In this document: positions 40,989 to 52,682 of the stretch, piece after piece | How the letters are laid out: each line of letters starts with the position of its first letter | Position numbering within the stretch: position 1 is the first letter of the stretch | Assembly: GCF_009914755.1 (NCBI RefSeq) | Contig: NC_060926.1 | Origin: the human T2T-CHM13v2.0 reference genome, Homo sapiens | Length of the DNA stretch: 64,000 nt | Strand: one strand, 5' to 3' | Made by a program: the position numbers and the translations under genes | Notes under the pieces: model-generated | The model's input: only the letters and a program-made list of their open reading frames with translations | Database searches by the model: none | Told to the model about the DNA's origin: nothing

Positions 40989-43463
40989 GATTTTCGCATG
41001 AATGTTCATCAGGGATACTGGCCTGAAATTTTCTTTTTTTGTTGTGTCTCTGCCAGGTTTTGGTATCAGGATGATGCTGGCCTCATAAAATGAGTTAGGG
41101 AGGAGTCCCTCTTTTTCTATTGTTTGGAACAGATTGGAATAGTTTGGAATAGATTGGAATAGTTTGGAATAGTTTGGAATAGACTGGAATAGTTTGGAAT
41201 AGATTGGAATTGTTTGACGACTTCTTTTCCTATTTGAATACCTTTTATTTCTTTCTCTTGCCTAATTGCCATGGCCAGAACTTCTCATATTATGTTGAAT
41301 AGGAGTGGTGAGAGAGGGCATCCTTGTCTTGTGCCCAAAGGGAATGCTTCCAGCTTTTGCCCATTCGGTATGATGAGTTTCTGCTGAAAGATCTGCTGTT
41401 AGTGTGGTGAGCTTCCCTTTATATGTGACCTGGCCTTTCTCCCTGGCTGCCCTTAACATTTTTTCCTTCATTTTGACCTTGGAGAATCTGACAATTATGT
41501 ATCTCAGGGTTGATCTTCTCGTGGAGTATCTTAGTGGTGTTCTCTGTATTTCCTGAATTTGCATGTTGGTCTGTCTTGCTAGGTTGGGGAAGTTATCCTG
41601 GGTAATATCCAGAAGTGTGTTTTCCAGCTTGTTTCCATTCTCCCCATGTCCTTCAGGTAGGTACTCCAGTCAATCATTGGTTCGGTCTTTTTACGAGATC
41701 CCATATTTCTTGGAGGCTTTGTTATTCCTTTTCATTCTTTATTCTCTAGTCTTGTCTGCATGCCTTATTTCAGTAGGGCGGTCTTCAAACTCTGATATGC
41801 TTTCTTCCGCTTGGTTGATTTGGCTATTGATAGTTGTGTATGCTTCACGAAGTTCTCGTGCTGTGTTTTTCAGCTCCATCAGGTCATTTATGTTCCTCTC
41901 TAAACTGGTTATTCTAGTTAGCAGCTCCTGTCACCTTTTATCAAGGTTCTTAGTTTCTTTGCATTGGGTTAGAACATGCTCCTTCAGCTCAGTGTAGTTT
42001 TTTATTACCCGTCTTCTGAAGCCTACTTCTGTCAGTTTGTCCATCTCATCCTCTGTCTAGTTCTGCACCCTTGCTGGGGCGACGTTGCGATCATTTGGAG
42101 AAGAGTCATTCAGGCTTTTTGGGTTTTCAGTGTTTTTTCCTTGATTCTTTTTCATCTTCGTGAGTTTGTCTAGTTTCGATCTTTGAACCTGCTAACCCTT
42201 GGATGCGGTTTTTGTGGGGCTTTTTTTTTTTTTTAATTGTTGATGCTGTTGTCGTTGCTTTCTGTTTGTTTTTCTTTCAATGGTCAGGTCCATTTTCTGC
42301 AGGGCTGCTGCAGTTCCCTGGGGGTTCATTTCAGGCCCTATTCATCTGGCTCGCTCCCGCGTCGGGAGATGTCACTCAAGGAGGCTGGAGAACAGCAAGG
42401 ATGGGTGCCTGCTCCTTCTTCTGGTATCTCTGACTTCGAGGGGCACCAACCTCAAGCCAGTAGGATCACTCCTGTATAGGGTTCCTGACAACCCCTGTTG
42501 GACGGTCTCACCCTGTTGGGTGGCATGGGGAACAACAGGACCCGTTTAACAAAGCACTTTGTCCCTTGGTGGAAGGGGTGTGCCTCACTGTGGGGAAACA
42601 CAGTCATCTGGGCTGCCCAGATTCCTCAGAACTACCAGGAGGAAAGGCTAAGTCTGCTGGTCCGCAGAGACTGCGGCCACCCCTCCCACTAGGAGATTAG
42701 GTCCAAGGAGATCCGTATTCTGTCCCTGAGCCTCTGGCTGGAGTTATTGGAGTTCCTGCAGGGAAGCCCCACCCAGTGAGGATCAGGCCTGAGGAGGCAC
42801 TCTGGCTGCAGTCTGCCACAGCCGGTGTGTTGGGCTGTCGGGGACACGTCTTGGGACCAAGCCGTCCAGCCTCCCTGGCTCCAGCAGGGGAAAAGCATGG
42901 CCTGGAGCTATAGTGATAGATGCTGCCTTTCTCCTGCCCAGGGAGCTTAGCATGTTAAGCAGTGTGAGTCCCAGTGCTGGCTGCTGCCCCTCCCTTAAGG
43001 AGCTCATATGGCTTAGACAGCAGGCAGCCGCAGCTGTGGTGCTGGTCACCCTTCCCCCTGGGAGCTCAGTAGTCTTAAGCAGATTCCAGCTGAAGGGCTA
43101 TTGAGAATCCGTGTGGCTCTGGAGTTGGGACGCTAGGCCCCGGTGGAATGCGTTCACGAGTGGGATCTTCTGATCCATGGGTTGCACCATTCCGTGGAAA
43201 AGGCACGGATTCCCTGGCTGGGTAGCATGTTCACTTACTGCTTCCCTTGGTTGGGGGGAGAGGGTTCTCCTGGCTCTCAGGTGGGCCGCCATACCACACT
43301 GCGCTTCCTTCCTCTCCGTGGATCATGCCAGCCTCCTAGTGAGTTCTGATGAGAGAACGTGGATACCTTGGTTGCCAGTGAAGGATTCACACGCTTACTA
43401 TGGTTCTTTTTGATTGGAGCCTCAGATCGCCACTGTTTATAGTCGGCCATCTTGGCCCTGCCC
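40989..43463 (-). mobile_element. Rearranged older L1PA: 5'UTR, partial ORF1 and two ORF2 pieces
   Basis: 5' end ggccaagatggccgac at ~43458. ORF 41262-41564 reads QIQEIQRTPLRYSTRRST..IIVRFSKVKMKEKMLRAAREKGQVTYKGK (ORF1p). ORF2 RT-region sequence at 40989-41130 and 41215-41374. Confidence 0.92.
41121..41215. repeat. 10-bp tandem repeat (AGWTTGGAAT) x ~9
   Basis: Directly visible. Confidence 0.9.
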
Positions 43464-44129
43464 AACAATGTTTTGATACCAGTTTTTTTTTTTTTTTTTT
43501 GAATGAGGATGACCATCTTTTCATATGTCTATTGGTCATTTGTTACTTATTTCTGTATACTACCTTTTTATATCTCGTGTGCATTTTTAATTAAACTTCG
43601 ACATGAGAAATTTATTGGTATTCTTATTTTTCCAAATCATTGGCTATATTTCACATTATAAAACTCAGCCTGATGGGCATGAAATGGTCTTGGTACATTT
43701 TCCTGATGTGGCTGAATATCTTGTTGTATGTTTATTGATGTTTCCATTTGTTCTTTTGAAAATTGCCTACTTAACGTCTTTTGCCCATTTTTCTGTTGAT
43801 CATCAAAAATCTTTAAAAATGTGAAAATCTAGGATGTAGAAGAGTCTGGAAATTTTCATCTTCAAAACTTTATGGTTAATTTCTTGAAGCTTTAGCTAGC
43901 AAAAGTGATCCTAAATTCAAGTGGCAGAGATAATGCAGATGCAAGAATGGATAGTTATCCTATGATGACAGAGTATTTTAGTGGTCAACCTAAATAATTC
44001 AATTCTTCAGATTCACTTTTGCTTATATCGTTGATATCATAACAACATGGTGGGACTTTGATCAGAGTTCTGTACTGTCAGAAAGGGCCCAGTGGCTATT
44101 TTCTTAGAGAATAGTCCCAGTAGCAAGAA

Positions 44130-44400
44130 ATAAGAACAACAATATAATATGAACACACGTAGAGATCTAATGTACATGAGGCCTGAGTTAACAACATTGT
44201 ATTGTTTTGGAGATTTTTTAATAAAATAAATAAACCTATTTATTTTAAATAAGTAGATTCTAGCTGCTTTTGTCACACACACAGTGAGATGATAGATATA
44301 TTAATCTGCTTCACTATAGTAGCCATTTTACTATATATGTATCCTATAACATGTTGCACACCTCAAATATACACAACAAAATTTATAAAACAAAAAAAGA
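44130..44400 (+). mobile_element. L1MA 3' end
   Basis: agagatctaatgtacatgagg...cacacctcaaatatacacaacaaaattt. Confidence 0.75.
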
Positions 44401-44928
44401 ACAACAGTGTAAGTCTTTGTAACCATTAAATACCATGCCCTACCAGGATATGTAATTTTCTGTGGGAAATATTCACAGTAGGAAAGTAAAGCAAATTATA
44501 AATATATGTAGTATGATGTAATTTTGTTTAATAAAAACATGGTAAGCAAAGTATAAAGAAAGATCTGGTAGCATGTGGGGGAGGGATAGCAGAAAAATGT
44601 TCAAATGTTAATAATGGTTATCTTTGATAGCATTCCTTGCGATTTTTAATATTATTACAAGTGCTTTTTGTTACTTTCTACACTTGATGTAATATACACT
44701 GCTTTTAAAATTCACAAAAATTACAAAAATGAAGATAGTAGAATTTTGATGGGCAATAAACATTTCTTGAGTTCTTGGAGAACATGGACTATTGTGTTAT
44801 TTGTAAATGCCTTTGCTTTGTCCATAGTTCTCTTTCACCACAAGATTAATTATACCTTTATAAGCTGTGCCACCTTTTTTCCACATGGGCTTTGTTATTA
44901 CTCAACAACAAAGGAAACACAAAATAAA

Positions 44929-45265
44929 TATAAATACATGTAGTATGATGCAATTTTGTTTAATAAAAACATGGTAAGCAAAGTATAAAGAAAGAGCAAA
45001 GTGTAAAGCAAAGTATAAAGAGCAGGGCTGATACATAATAGATGCTCACTGAGTCATTTTGTAGTGACTCATTAAGCTATTTACCATTTTCCCTCTGCAG
45101 ATAATTGTGCGTGAAAATCTTTACATCTGTGGCCTTTCTTCTTTGTCTGACTGATTGTGTTAGATAAATACCTCAAAGTGAGATTTCTGAGCAGAGTGTA
45201 TGACCATATCACAAATATTTTAACAATGCCTCTTTAATTTACTTTTCTTATTTTAGGGAGAGTGG
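44929..45265. repeat. Composite local duplication (copies of 44497-44563 and 46518-46764)
   Basis: Direct repeats of 67 bp and 247 bp; the latter has ~10 mismatches. Confidence 0.93.
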
Positions 45266-45459
45266 CTAATTTCCTCCGGTACAGCAAGTGTTGTTTTTCA
45301 GATTTTATTCTACCACATACTTTATTTTACAGTTTTTATAAAATAGCCTGCTTTAAAAAAATCAATGTATTATAGATTTTCATGTTTTGCATATTTTATG
45401 TAAATATCCTTTTCAGTAGCTATATAATATTTCAGGGGTTTCTTTGTACTCAGACATTA

Positions 45460-46555
45460 AACATTGGAGTCACCTTAGGGTTTATTTCTTGAATCTCCTC
45501 CCGTATTTATTTATACTCACTTCCCAGGTGATTTCCTTGTTCTTATGGGCTTTATATGTCATCTATATGTTGATGAAAATAAATTTCTATCCCTTGCCCA
45601 AGCCTAAACTTCATACTAGCATATCCAACTGCCTACTGGACATCTCCATTTATAAGCCTAGTAGCCTAATAAGCATAACCTCAGACTTACCAGGCCTCAC
45701 ACTGAAGTCATGAACTTCAGCCCAACCCCCATGCCAGGGCAAAACCTTGTTGTTACCTCTTATTCCTCTCTTGCCTCATCCCATCCATGTTCAGTCTGTC
45801 AGTGGATCCTGTGAGTCCAGTCTTGAGGATAGTTCCAGGATCTGATCACTTCTCACTGCCTCTTTTGCTGCCACCACCTCTGGCCTGGATAATTGCAGCA
45901 GCCTCCCAGTTAGCCTTGCTGTGTCCATCCTTGTTTTCCCCTTCTGTCTGCTCTCAACAGAGGAGCTAGTGATTCTCTTAGGACAGAATAAATCATTTAG
46001 GTTTTCTTCACATGGTCCTGAAGAAGCTTCCTACCTCACTCAGTGTAAAAACCAAAAAAAAAAAAAAAAAGTCCCTAAAATGGCCTAGAAGGCACTGTGT
46101 GTGGCTGCCTGCTGCTCTCTGACCCCACTTCATTCCTCCTGTACTGGCTAACTCTATACTAGCCTCTCTAGCCTTCTGGATATGCCTTCAGCATCTCAAT
46201 CAGACTCCTTCTCAGAGCCTTCATTCTTGGCCGCTGTTCCTTCCAGAATGTCCTTCCCCCACTTATCTTTCTAGTTTCTTTCCTTACTTCCTTCAGGATT
46301 CTGTGTACTTTCTCATTGGGGTCTTCCCTGGCCAATCTGTTTTAAATGACAGCCCTACCTAGGTAGCCCTGTCCTTCTTAGCAGGCTGTATTTTTCTCTC
46401 TAGCACTTCTCACCATCTGGCATAGCATACACTGCTTGGTTTATTTTTAATCTCCCTCTGCTAGAATGTAAGCTCCATAAAAATGGGATTTTGTTCACTG
46501 CAGCATCCCCAACACCTAGAGCAGGGCTGATACATAATAGATGCTCACTGAGTCA
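45460..46555 (+). mobile_element. L2 LINE 3' portion
   Basis: atatccaactgcctactggacatctcc; tagaatgtaagctccat...cctagagcagggctgatacataatagatgctca tail. Confidence 0.85.
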
Positions 46556-47677
46556 TTTTGTAGTGACTCATTAAGCTATTTGCCATTTTCCCTCTGCAGA
46601 TAATTGTGCGTGAAAATCTTTACATCTGTGGCCTTTCTTCTTTGTCTGACAGATTGTCTTAGATAAATACCTAAAAGTGGGATTACTGAGCAGAGTGTAT
46701 GACCGTATCACAAGTATTTTAACAATACCTCTTTAATTTACTTTTCTTATTTTAGGGAGTGTGGAAAATATTGTTTTTATTAATAGATTATGTTATGATT
46801 GATCGGATCTAAATTTTGTCTAAGCTATTTAACTACCTTTAAGACCTTGGGCACCCTCATTAACTTCTTTGAGCTTTAGTTTATATTTCTGTTAAATGAA
46901 ATAAATATTTAATTGAAAGGGTTATTGTTGATCTAAAAAAGAATTAAACATTGCAAAGCTTTTGGCATATAGTATCTGTCAATAAATAGCAGTCCCCTTT
47001 CTCCATCCTGGCCTTCATTCCACTAAATATTTGTTTTCTTGAAACAGTTTTGTCTTAGGTAGGATTTAACAATATACAGTCATGCACATATGCCTGCTCA
47101 CTCAGGCACATGCACATGTATATGTCTAAACATGCACCTGCATATTAGCTTTCAAAATCAGTCTATATTGTTCTGGTCAGTTTTAAATTGATAATACTTA
47201 CTCTGATGCTAGCCACGGCACACCATTCCTGACGAATATTGGTAACCAAGGACGTGTTAGTAGTTCAGCAATGCGTTGACTCAGTTACCTCTCCCCACTT
47301 CTCCTTTATTGAATTTTTACTTATGCATAGGTTTTTTTCTGGCACAGTTTGGTGTGGGAATATGTTATTTCTCATAATTGGATTTAACTGTTTGATCTGT
47401 TATTAATTGGTTGTGATTAATTTCAAAGACCTTGCAAGCACTTTTGTATTTACCAATATATTTGTCATTTCTGATGCTCTATTTATTTGTAAAGATCTAA
47501 GTTTCCATCTGGTTGTGTTGCCTTTCAACCTAAAGAAGAACTTCCTTTAGCATATTTGAAATGGGAATCTGGAGGCCACAAATACCCTTAGTTTCCTTTT
47601 CACTTTCATTCTTTGAAGGATATTTTGCTGAACATAGAATTTTTGGCTGACAGTTTTTTTTTTTTCCGCTTCCAGTA

Positions 47678-48169
47678 TAGTCATGAGCTGCATAACATTT
47701 CAGTTAATTATGGGGGGTGGAGGGTTGGAGGGGACTCTACATATACAATAGTGGTCCTATAAGATTATGATTACTGTACCTTTTCTATGTTTATTTATTT
47801 GTGAAGGAAATAGGTTTAATTGACTCACAGTTCTGCATTGCTGGGGAGGCCTCAGGAAACTTACAATCATGACTGAAGGCAAAGAAGAAGCAGGCACCTT
47901 CTTCACAAGACAGCAGGACAGATGGAGTCCTTTTCTATGTTTAGATACACAAGTACCATTCTGTTTTAATTGCCTATTCACTACAATAATGGTAATGTCC
48001 TGTACAGGTTTGTAGCCTTGGAGCAATAGGCAATACCATATATCTTAGGCGTGTAGTAGGCCATACCATCTAGGTTTGTGTAAGGACACTGTGATACTCA
48101 TACAAAGACAAAACCACCTAATCATGTGATTCTCAGAATGTATCCCTATTGTTAAGTGATGCATAACTG
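47678..48169. mobile_element. Tigger3a-like MITE
   Basis: TIRs (t)agtcatgagctgcataac ... gttaagtgatgcataactg. Confidence 0.8.
47794..47928 (-). mobile_element. THE1/MST LTR internal fragment flanked by a 15-bp direct repeat
   Basis: ggtttaattgactcacagttc..ctggggaggcctcaggaaacttacaatcatg; ccttttctatgttta on both sides. Confidence 0.88.
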
Positions 48170-48394
48170 TACTTTAAAGATGTTATTGCACTGTCGTTGA
48201 GCCTTCATAATTTCTGATGAGAAGAGCATTGTATTTCAAATTATTTTTCCCTGTATATAGTGAGCCGTTTTGTCTGGTGAATTACAATATTTTCTTTTTA
48301 TCTTTGGTTTTCATCTGTTTGACTGTATTTTGTGTAGGTTTTCTTCTTTTACAGTTTACTTCTCTGTAGGGTTCTTGAGCTCCTTGAATCTGTA

Positions 48395-48811
48395 TGTCTT
48401 AGCCTGTTTTGTGTTGCTCCAAAGGAATATCTGATGGGGCTGGGCAGTTTATAAAGAACATGTTTATTTAGCACATGATTCTGATGACTGAAAAGTTCAA
48501 GATTAGGCATCTGTATCTGGTGAGGGCCTCAGGCTGCTTCCACTCATGATGGAAGGTGAAGGGGAGCTGGCATGTGCAGAGATCACATGGCAAGAGAGGC
48601 AGGGAGAGGTGCCAGGTTCTTTTTTTTAATAAACCAGCTCTTGTGGAAACTCATAGAGCTAGAGCTCACCCACCCCTGAGGGACAGCGTCAATCCATTTA
48701 TGAGGGATCTGCCTCCATGACCCGAACACCTTCCAGAAGGCCCCACCTTTCACATTGGGGATCAAGTTTCAACATGAGGTTTGGTGGGCACAGAACGCCC
48801 AGACTATAACA
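48395..48811 (-). mobile_element. MST (MSTB-like) MaLR solo LTR
   Basis: tgtcttagcctgttttgtgttgct...caacatgaggtttgg...actataaca. Confidence 0.85.
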
Positions 48812-49719
48812 GTATGTTTATGTCTTTTACCAGATTTTGGAAGTTACAGACTATTATTTCTTCTAATATTGTTCCCCCTAGTTTGTCTCCTTTTTCCCTG
48901 TGACTCTAATTACCCACATGTTAGATTTTGAACAATTGTTCTACAAGTCTTCAAAGTCTGTTTATTTCTCCATTTTTTCTTTCTTTTTTTTTTTCAGATT
49001 GCATGGTTCAGGTTCACTGAATTTTTCCTTTGCATGTCTTTTCTCCTTAGAGTGGATCATATTTTACTTGTTCTTCATCAACCTATTAGATTATGTATCC
49101 TGGGCATGGTGAGAGTTATTTTGTGGAGATGGTGGATTTTTTTACATTGCTTTCAAAAATGTTGATGTTTTGTTAATAGGCAGTTTACTTAGACTCAAAT
49201 TGTAGCCTGTCATGCTTGCAGTGGACAGTGGCTTTAGTCTCAGATAAATTCTTTAAACCTTAGCTCCTATCTGCATTCAGTTTACCTTGTACATTCATGG
49301 TTCAGAAGTCAGCTAGAATCATGCTTAGTTTATATACAGAATTAGGGTTTGCTTCTTTGGCATTGTCTCTTCTATAGTTCTCTAGTCATTCTCTGATTTC
49401 CCCAGGCTTTTTTCCCTGGTTCCTGCAGCTAGAAAGAGGATGTGTTTTTCTATCAAAATTTTGCTTGCTGCTGTGTCTGTGTCTGATCTCAGGGTAGAGC
49501 TGCAGAATAAATATATAAATGAACAGAGAGGTCACTCTTTACTGGTTGCTTGCTCCAACTTGGACACTTCCCCAAAGTCAGTTTCCTTTTTTTCAGTCTC
49601 CAGAGCCCTCAGGTAGTGTTTGTTTGTTTTTGTTTGGGTGGAGAGAGTGTGGTGTTCATATGTTGTGAAATCCATTAGCTCATTCCTACACGACAAAAAG
49701 AGAATGTCCCTTTCAATTA

Positions 49720-50010
49720 TTTTTAATTGAAATCCTTATTGAGACAGTTGTGGATTCAAATACAGTTCTAAGAAATAATACAATGAGATCTCATGTACTC
49801 TTTACCCAGTTACCTATAATGGTAACATTTTATAAATTTCTAGTATGGTATCAGAACCAGGCTTTTGACATTGATACAATCTTCCGATCTTAATCAGATT
49901 TCCCCAGTTTTGTTAATACTTGTACTCATTTATATATGTGTGAGATTTAATTCTATACAATTTTATCACATGTGTAGGTTTGTGTAGCCACCATCACAGC
50001 ATCCCAACTA
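49720..50010 (-). mobile_element. L1M (L1MC/MB-like) 3' fragment
   Basis: agaaataatacaatgagatc; ttgacattgatacaat. Confidence 0.65.
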
Positions 50011-50137
50011 TTTTTGGAAAGCATAGGAAGTGTTACAGTTTGAAAGGACTGAAAGCCTCTGGCCATGCTACCCACTTGAGATGATTAAATATTTTAAAGT
50101 AGTTAGAACAATGACATATGTTTATTTTTTTTAATAA

Positions 50138-50584
<447 letters not shown>

Positions 50585-52584
50585 TAAAATACAAATACGT
50601 GTTGCCAAATAGAATTGAAAAGTAGCAGTGTCTTAGGTTTCTTCTCTGCTTTTTAACTGAGACTAGTATTTTTCAAAGTTTACATCCTTATTATGTTTAC
50701 TTTCAAATATAGTACATGAAAGTACTTTATAGATGTTTGATCTTTTGAAGGTGGTGTTGCCGCCTTTGATTAAAAAAGTAATTAGGTGAGCATTTCCTTA
50801 TAGAGGTAACCATCAAAGCTTGAAAGCACATATTTCCTTTCAACTATTACATTTGTCGATGTGTTACCCCCATCCCCCATCAATCTGCTTCTATCTCTGA
50901 CTCTATCTCTTTCTCTCAAAATGTTATGAAAGACAGCCTTTGTGAACTTATTTATGTTAGAACTGGCATTAAAAAAAAATCCAGTTTTTTACATGGTCTA
51001 ATGGACCATGATAAGTCAGTGATAAAATTATAGTAGTTGTGTCATGGATCTTATTTTGTATCTAAATATGCTCTCTGAAAAAAATGTGATTCACGCCTTT
51101 TTTTGGAGAATAAACACAAAATTTATATTTTCATATAATCAGTAATACCTATTTGATAAGAATTACATGCTCTTGTTTTTTCTTCTTTCATTTGGGGTTC
51201 ACTTTTTCTGCCTATCTTATGCAATTTTAAAAAAATCTTGAAAATTAAGTGTTTGGCTCCCAGTATGGGTTATGTTGAAAAAGAGCATACCTAGTGAGGG
51301 GTTGGTAAAGCCTACGCAAGTGCTCTTTCAGGCAACTTTGACATTCTAGGGACAATAAGTATTAAAGAAGTGGCTTCTTGAGTTGGAGTGGTCAGTCTCC
51401 TACCTTCTGGGTCCCAAATGACCCTGAGTAGATGTGGATATTCAAGGAAATTAAAATGCAAAGCCCCTTTGGAAAAGTTAGTAAGGGTACCTACCATTGT
51501 ATTTTACTTGATGGTTTTATTCATTCATTCAACCATCAAATACTCACTGAGTACCCACAGTGTGCCAGGCATATAAATGAAAAGATGCTATGACATCGTT
51601 CAAAGAAAGATGATTTATGCACATACCTACCATGGGTCATTTAAACTTTAATGGACTTCAACATTTAAATTGAGTTAAATTCTATTAAGTTTGTCTGTTA
51701 TTCTTCTCTCTCTCTCTCTCACTGTCTGTCTCTGCATCCTCAGATTTTGGGGCTTAGCCTGTCCAATGAATCAGAGTGGGGAGCTGATTATAACAATGAC
51801 CCTTCTGGGAAAGAAATATACTGTCTTCTGCTTCCATTTCCCTGGAAGTAGAGGCCACTGACATCTCTGGTCCTCTCTGCAAAGTGGGGATAATGGTAAT
51901 CCCGCTTCATCTGGTTGAGGGAGGTTTAAATGAGATTGTGCACAGGGCTCTGGAGATGTGGACTTCGTTAAGGCCTGGTCCTGCTCTCTTGGGGGCCCCA
52001 CACACAGGAGAGGGATGCACCTGTTACACCAACTCTTCTGTGGGAAGTGTGGCCACAGCATTCTGGGGGTCATTGGGTTGGATAGGGGAGCTGGAAAGGT
52101 TTGGGCCCTTAGAGAAGGCCAGGTGTGGATGAGCTTAGACCCCGATCACACTGCTGGTATGGACTCACTGTGGACCGGCACCAGGCCTGGGGTTTGAGGA
52201 TGAGAGTCACCACAATTTTATGTCCACATGGGACCCTCTGCTTTTCCTTTTAACTGTGGCAAAATACCAGACGGGGGACACTTTTGTCAGTGCACGTGGT
52301 GCTGGGACAGTTGGATGGAGGGTAAACTGGGGCAAGTGGTTACTCGACCAGATGTCCCTGGTTTTTTTCAGTGCCTATCCTGACATCTGGTCTCTTTTTT
52401 CTGCTTCTGCTTGGTATAATACTTTCACAACTTGAATACACATGGCTTGTTTCAGTGTAGCTGAGGCTGGTGAGCCGCTGGGCCCAGGAAAGTCATGGTT
52501 TGTAAATGCTATGATATGAAACCTTACCCATGGCTCCTGTCAAACATTTTAGGCAAAGAGACTCTATGATATGATTTTTAAATA

Positions 52585-52682
52585 CATACATGTATTTGTA
52601 GAAACACATACATGTATTTGTAGAAACACACGCATGTATTTGTAGAAACACATACATGTATTTGTAGAAACACATACATGTA
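52585..52682. repeat. 22-bp minisatellite (CATACATGTATTTGTAGAAACA) x ~4.4
   Basis: Directly visible, near-perfect units. Confidence 0.92.

Larger units (their letters stand above)
47400..49600 (-). mobile_element. Old L1M fragments hosting Tigger3 and MST insertions
   Basis: tttgaaggatattttgctgaacatagaatttttggctgacag; tttctgatgagaag. Confidence 0.6.

Noticed and set aside
41121-41215. GGAAT-containing array resembling satellite II/III or a CRISPR array
   Set aside because: The unit derives from adjacent L1 sequence, there are no unique spacers, and the context is eukaryotic.
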